Part shown: in pieces, positions 59,355 through 64,000 of the stretch
Layout: each line of letters begins with the position of its first letter
Numbering within the stretch: the first letter of the stretch is position 1
Source: Terriglobia bacterium
Lineage (GTDB): Bacteria > Acidobacteriota > Terriglobia > Versatilivoradales > Versatilivoraceae
Length of the DNA: 64,000 nt
NCBI GenBank assembly: GCA_963665655.1
Contig: OY762429.1
Span: 248,161-312,160 of the forward strand
Direction: 5' to 3'
The notes under the pieces: model-generated
What the model saw: only the letters and a program-made list of their open reading frames with translations
Told to the model about the DNA's origin: nothing
The model's database searches: none
Made by a program: the position numbers and the translations under genes

Positions 59355-61460
59355 TCATCGCCCCGCGGTGTCCCAACTCCGGCCCTGGACCCTGGCAACG
59401 ATCTGCTCGGTCACCGACTTGGGCGCCTGGGCGTATTGGTGAAAATGCATGGAATAGGTCGCTCGTCCCTGAGTCATGGACCGCAAATCGGTGGCATACC
59501 CGAACATCTCCGAGAGCGGAACCAGGGCAGTGACCACCTGCGAGCCGGCACGGGACTCAATGGTCTCGATGCGCCCCCGACGAGCGTTGAGATTACCCCC
59601 TATCGCCCCGATAAACTCCCGGGGAACGACGACTTCCACCCGCATGATGGGCTCGAGCAGCGCCGGAGCGGCTCGCGAAACCGCATCCTTCAAGGCCATG
59701 GAACCGGCAATCTTGAAGGCGATTTCGCTGGAATCCACCTCGTGGAAGGACCCGTCATACAGGGTCACTTCAATATCCTGCACCTCGTAGCCGGCCAAGG
59801 GGCCGGCCTCGGTGGCCTCGCGAATGCCCTTCTCCACGGCCGGAATGAACTCCCGGGGAACGGCGCCCCCCACGATGGCATTGATGAATTCGAACCCTCG
59901 CTCCGTGTCGGCCCTGGGTTCCACGCGAATCTTGACGTGGCCGTATTGACCGCGGCCGCCGGTCTGACGAACGAATCGCCCTTCCGCCTCGGCGCCCTGA
60001 CAGATGGTTTCCCTATAGGACACCTGGGGCTTCCCCACGTTTGCGGCCACCCCGAACTCTCGAGACATTCGGTCTACCAGGATCTCCAGATGCAATTCTC
60101 CCATCCCCGAGATAATGGTCTGTCCCGTATCCTGATCGGTGGACACCTTGAAGGTGGGATCCTCCTGCGCCAGTTTCCCCAGCGCCAGCCCCAGCTTCTC
60201 CTGGTCATTCTTGGTCTTGGGCTCAATGGCGACGGCCATGACGGGAACCGGGAATTCCATGGACTCCAGAATCACCGGCGCCTCTTGCGCGCAGATGGTA
60301 TCGCCGGTGGCTACCTCCCTCAAACCCACGCCCGCCGCGATGTCGCCGGCATAGACCTGCTGGATCTCCTCACGCTTGTCGGCATGCATCTTCAGCAGTC
60401 GGCCCACACGTTCCCTTCTGTCCTTGGTCGAATTGTAAACGTAGGAGCCTGTCTTGAGGACACCGGAATAGACCCGGAAAAAGGCCAGCTGTCCCACGTA
60501 GGTATCGGTCATGATCTTGAAGACCAGGGCTGAAAAGGGTTCCTGATCCCGGGACTCTCGGACGATCTCCCCCCGGCCTTCCCGGTCCGCGCCCACCACC
60601 GGAGGCAGGTCGGCAGGTGAGGGCAGATAGTCCACCACGCCGTCCAGCAGGGGCTGCACTCCCTTGTTCTTGAAGGCTGCGCCGCAAAGCACCGGAACCA
60701 GCGCCAGACTCAATGTGCCCCGGCGCAGGGCTGCCTTGAGGTCACCCTCACAGATCGACTCTCCGGAAAGGTATTTTTCCATCAGCGGGTCATCGGTCTC
60801 ACAGACGCTCTCGATCATCCGTTCCCGGCACTCCTGTGCCTGCGCAACCATCTCCGGAGGAATCTCCGCCGTCTCGTGGTCGGCCCCCAGGGTCTCGTCT
60901 CGGTAGATGATGGCCTTCATGCTGATCAGATCGATAACGCCGACGAAGTTCTCCTCCTTGCCCAGGGGGATCTGAACCGCCACCGGCTTTGCCAGCAATC
61001 GATCCTTGACCATCCGGATGCAGCCGAAAAAGTCGGCGCCGACCCGGTCCATCTTGTTGACGAAGACGATTCTCGGAACTTCGTATTTGTCGCCTTGCCG
61101 CCACACCGTTTCGGTCTGAGGCTCCACCCCTTCCACGGCGCCAAGCAGGCAGATGGCTCCATCCAGGACGCGAAGGCTGCGCTCCACCTCTGCGGTGAAG
61201 TCCACGTGACCGGGAGTGTCGATGATATTGATGCGAACGTCCTTCCAGAAACAGGTGGTCGCCGCCGAGGTGATGGTGATTCCCCGCTCCTGCTCCTGCT
61301 CCATCCAGTCCATGATGGCGGTACCATCATGGACCTCGCCCATCTTGTGGGTGATGCCCGTATAGTAAAGAATCCGCTCGGTGGCCGTGGTCTTGCCGGC
61401 ATCGATATGGGCCATGATTCCGATGTTTCGAATTTTCTGGAGTGGTATCTGACGGGACAT
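59355..61460 (-). CDS. fusA: elongation factor G
   Basis: [51 protein letters not shown] 61460, 701 aa. Confidence 0.99.
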   Translation of the reverse strand: MSRQIPLQKIRNIGIMAHIDAGKTTATERILYYTGITHKMGEVHDGTAIMDWMEQEQERGITITSAATTCFWKDVRINIIDTPGHVDFTAEVERSLRVLDGAICLLGAVEGVEPQTETVWRQGDKYEVPRIVFVNKMDRVGADFFGCIRMVKDRLLAKPVAVQIPLGKEENFVGVIDLISMKAIIYRDETLGADHETAEIPPEMVAQAQECRERMIESVCETDDPLMEKYLSGESICEGDLKAALRRGTLSLALVPVLCGAAFKNKGVQPLLDGVVDYLPSPADLPPVVGADREGRGEIVRESRDQEPFSALVFKIMTDTYVGQLAFFRVYSGVLKTGSYVYNSTKDRRERVGRLLKMHADKREEIQQVYAGDIAAGVGLREVATGDTICAQEAPVILESMEFPVPVMAVAIEPKTKNDQEKLGLALGKLAQEDPTFKVSTDQDTGQTIISGMGELHLEILVDRMSREFGVAANVGKPQVSYRETICQGAEAEGRFVRQTGGRGQYGHVKIRVEPRADTERGFEFINAIVGGAVPREFIPAVEKGIREATEAGPLAGYEVQDIEVTLYDGSFHEVDSSEIAFKIAGSMALKDAVSRAAPALLEPIMRVEVVVPREFIGAIGGNLNARRGRIETIESRAGSQVVTALVPLSEMFGYATDLRSMTQGRATYSMHFHQYAQAPKSVTEQIVARVQGRSWDTAGR

Positions 61461-61558
61461 GAGCAGCCAGGCAGCCACGGGTAAGACGGGAAGCGGGCGG
61501 CCTCCAGCGGCTTTGGCCTCGGGCGCCCGACCCATCCTGCCAGTGAACGAATTTTCAT

Positions 61559-62029
61559 TTACCACCGATAGTGGGCAAAGGCCTTGTTGGCCTCTGCCAT
61601 GCGATGCACGTCTTCGCGCCTCTTGATGGCCGCGCCGCGATTGCTGGCGGCATCCATGAATTCGGCAGCCAGTCTCTCCTGCATCGACTTCTCTTTGCGC
61701 ATGCGGGTGTAGGTAATCAACCAGCGAATACTCAAAGAAACCCTGCGGTACTGGTTGACCTCGATGGGAACCTGATAATTGGCGCCACCGACCCTCCTGG
61801 ACTTCACTTCCAGAACAGGCTTGACGTTGTCCAGGGCCTTCTTGAAGACCTTGAGGGGGTCTTCTCCGGTCTTTTCCTTGATGATGTCCAGGGCGCCGTA
61901 AAACACCTGTTCAGCCGTGCTCTTCTTCCCCTTCCACATGATGCAATTGATGAACTTGGAGACAAGGGGGCTGTTGTAAACGGGGTCGGGTATGACCTGG
62001 CGCTTCGGCACATGTCCTTTGCGTGGCAT
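61559..62029 (-). CDS. rpsG: 30S ribosomal protein S7
   Basis: [37 protein letters not shown]. Confidence 0.99.
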   Translation of the reverse strand: MPRKGHVPKRQVIPDPVYNSPLVSKFINCIMWKGKKSTAEQVFYGALDIIKEKTGEDPLKVFKKALDNVKPVLEVKSRRVGGANYQVPIEVNQYRRVSLSIRWLITYTRMRKEKSMQERLAAEFMDAASNRGAAIKRREDVHRMAEANKAFAHYRW

Positions 62030-62102
62030 GACTGCTGCTCCTGAGACGGGCATTGCGAACAACGCCGCAGGTTAAGCCGTTGGATTCGAGACCGGGGGTG
62101 AT

Positions 62103-62474
62103 TTACTTGGGCCGCTTGGCCCCGTACTTCGACCGGCTTTGCTTGCGATTCTCAACACCAGTCGAGTCCAGGGTCCCGCGCACGACATGGTAACGTACTC
62201 CAGGCAGGTCCTTCACACGGCCTCCGCGAATCAGCACAATCGAATGCTCCTGGAGGTTGTGGCCAATGCCAGGAATATAGGTCGTGACCTCGATGCCGTT
62301 GGTCAACCGCACTCGAGCCACCTTGCGCAAGGCCGAGTTCGGCTTCTTCGGAGTCGAGGTATAGACCCGCACGCAGACACCCCGTTTTTGGGGACAGCCC
62401 TGGAGTGCTGGACTGCTGGTCTTGTCTCTGGCCCTGGTTCGACCCAACCTCACCAGCTGATTAAACGTCGGCAA
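62103..62474 (-). CDS. rpsL: 30S ribosomal protein S12
   Basis: TTG start after [36 protein letters not shown]. Confidence 0.99.
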   Translation of the reverse strand: MPTFNQLVRLGRTRARDKTSSPALQGCPQKRGVCVRVYTSTPKKPNSALRKVARVRLTNGIEVTTYIPGIGHNLQEHSIVLIRGGRVKDLPGVRYHVVRGTLDSTGVENRKQSRSKYGAKRPK

Positions 62475-62548
62475 CTCCTAATCTCCCAGAATTCACGCAT
62501 TATCAATATGATAGCCCGGCGACACAGCCCCGGAAGCAAAACCACAAG

Positions 62549-62577
62549 ACTATAGCAAGGCAATCTCCTGCTGTCAA
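62549..62577 (-). promoter_or_regulatory. sigma70 promoter of the rpsL/str-S10-spc-alpha cluster
   Basis: TTGACA-N17-TATAGT with extended TG, 75 nt upstream of rpsL. Confidence 0.8.
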
Positions 62578-62746
62578 TCAAAATGCTGGATCAATACGCT
62601 AAGCAAGTTGTTGATCCCGGCTGAGTTGATCGAACGGCGCAACCAACTCGAAAGGCGCTTTCCCGGTCCCAATACTCTTCACTTGTCTGAAACCTCCCCG
62701 GTTTCATCCTGTATGATCCGCCCCGTCTTGTGGGGCGGCGGCTGGG

Positions 62747-62777
62747 CTGACCACTGACCACCGATCACTGACCACTA
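62747..62777. repeat. short heptamer tandem (CTGACCA) at the frr stop
   Basis: CTGACCA CTGACCA CCGATCA CTGACCA CTA. The final CTA is the frr TAG stop. Confidence 0.75.
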
Positions 62778-63332
62778 AATCGTAAGGATCTCCTCCTCTT
62801 TTCTCTTGGCCAGTTCCTCCAGACGCGCCACGTAGCGGTCGGTCAGTTTCTGAATCTCCTCCAAACCCCTGCGTTCGTCGTCTTCCGACAGCTCCTTGTC
62901 CTTCAACATCTTCTTCAGGACATCGTTCTCGTCCCGCCGGATTTGGCGCAGGGCTGTTCGATGCTCCTCCAGCACCTTGCCGACATGCCGGGCCAACTGC
63001 CTGCGGCGCTCTTCGTTCAGCGGGGGAATGGGAATACGGATGATCTTGCCGTCGTTGGCCGGGTTCAATCCCAGGTCGGAGGCCAGGATGGCTCTCTCAA
63101 TGGCCGGCAGAAGAGAGATATCCCAGGGCTGCACGGTGAGCAGTGTCGGATCAGGAGCAGCCAGGGTTCCCACCTGGCTGACGGGAGTCGCCGTCCCGTA
63201 GTAGTCCACGCTGATCGGATCCAGCAGCGAGACCGAGGCGCGCCCGGTGCGCACCGTGGCCAGATAGCGGCGGAGATCCTCAACCACCTTCTCCATGCGG
63301 ATTCCCGTGTTCTTGATCACATCCTTGATCAT
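62775..63332 (-). CDS. frr: ribosome recycling factor
   Basis: VRTGRAS, YYG, DLGLNPANDG, IPPLNEERR, IRQ/IRRD; 185 aa from ATG 63332. Confidence 0.98.
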   Translation of the reverse strand: MIKDVIKNTGIRMEKVVEDLRRYLATVRTGRASVSLLDPISVDYYGTATPVSQVGTLAAPDPTLLTVQPWDISLLPAIERAILASDLGLNPANDGKIIRIPIPPLNEERRRQLARHVGKVLEEHRTALRQIRRDENDVLKKMLKDKELSEDDERRGLEEIQKLTDRYVARLEELAKRKEEEILTI

Positions 63333-63336
63333 GGGC

Positions 63337-64000
63337 TTACACCTTGACGGCGGTTCCAATCTTTTCCCCGAGAACGGCCCGCTCGATGTTGCCGCTGTTT
63401 CCCAGGTTGAAAACAACGATCGGCATGTGGTTTTCCATGCACAAGGAAATCGCGGTGGCGTCCATGACCTTCAAGCCCTTGCCGATCACATCGATATAGC
63501 TGATTTGGTCGAACATCCTGGCATCTTTCACCTTCATCGGGTCGGCATCGAAAATCCCGTCGACCTTGGTGGCTTTCAGAATCACCTCGGCTTTGACCTC
63601 CATGGCCCTCAGCGCCGCCGTCGTGTCGGTCGAGAAATAGGGGTTGCCGATGCCCGCCGCAAAGATGACCACCCGACGTTTTTCCAGATGCCGAATGGCG
63701 CGCCGGCGGATATAGGGCTCGGCCACTTCGCGCATCTCGATGGCCGACAGCACCCGCGTGAACACACCCACCTTTTCCAGGGCGTCCTGCAGAGCGATGG
63801 CGTTTATCACGGTGGCCAGCATCCCCATGAGGTCGCCCGATACGCGCTCCATCCCCTGCGCGGTCGCCGACAGCCCCCGAAATATGTTGCCGCCCCCGAT
63901 AACGATGGCGATTTCCACCCCCAGGCGGTGCACCTCACGCACTTCCCGAGCGATGGTTCCGGCAACCTGGGGGTCCACTCCAAACGCCTGTTTCCCCATC
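63337..64000 (-). CDS. pyrH: UMP kinase, 5'-truncated by window edge
   Basis: [53 protein letters not shown]. Confidence 0.98.
   Translation of the reverse strand, partial: MGKQAFGVDPQVAGTIAREVREVHRLGVEIAIVIGGGNIFRGLSATAQGMERVSGDLMGMLATVINAIALQDALEKVGVFTRVLSAIEMREVAEPYIRRRAIRHLEKRRVVIFAAGIGNPYFSTDTTAALRAMEVKAEVILKATKVDGIFDADPMKVKDARMFDQISYIDVIGKGLKVMDATAISLCMENHMPIVVFNLGNSGNIERAVLGEKIGTAVKV

Overview
GC-rich bacterial chromosome segment, most likely Acidobacteriota (inferred from the Acidobacterial-type VWA protein, carboxypeptidase-like/TonB receptor, DUF1553/DUF1501 pair and ECF sigma/anti-sigma/DUF4097 trio). The right third (43.4-64 kb, minus strand) is the core translation cluster: pyrH-frr, then a strong sigma70 promoter, rpsL-rpsG-fusA-tuf and the S10, spc and alpha operons. 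adk and map are missing from their usual slot. The left and middle parts hold housekeeping genes (fabH, dgt, lepB, rnc, thiL, nrdR, aroK, folE, 2-oxoacid dehydrogenase E1a/E1b/E2, lipB, pncA/pncB, Nudix), tRNA-Leu(CAA) and accessory exported proteins. No CRISPR array, rRNA, intact transposase or integrase was found. The most notable signals are small and mostly non-coding. (1) A 242-bp TA-flanked MITE sits in codon 3 of a gene, and its right terminal inverted repeat supplies an in-frame replacement ATG; diverged relatives occur elsewhere in the window. (2) Heptamer-repeat elements, some arranged as inverted-repeat hairpins, sit at gene junctions including inside the ribosomal protein operons, and the stop codon of four genes lies in or at the edge of one. 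(3) tuf has a strong G-ending codon bias that its neighbours lack. (4) A secreted Cache-Cache-substrate-binding fusion protein has no membrane or output domain. Coordinates were counted by hand and no database searches were run.
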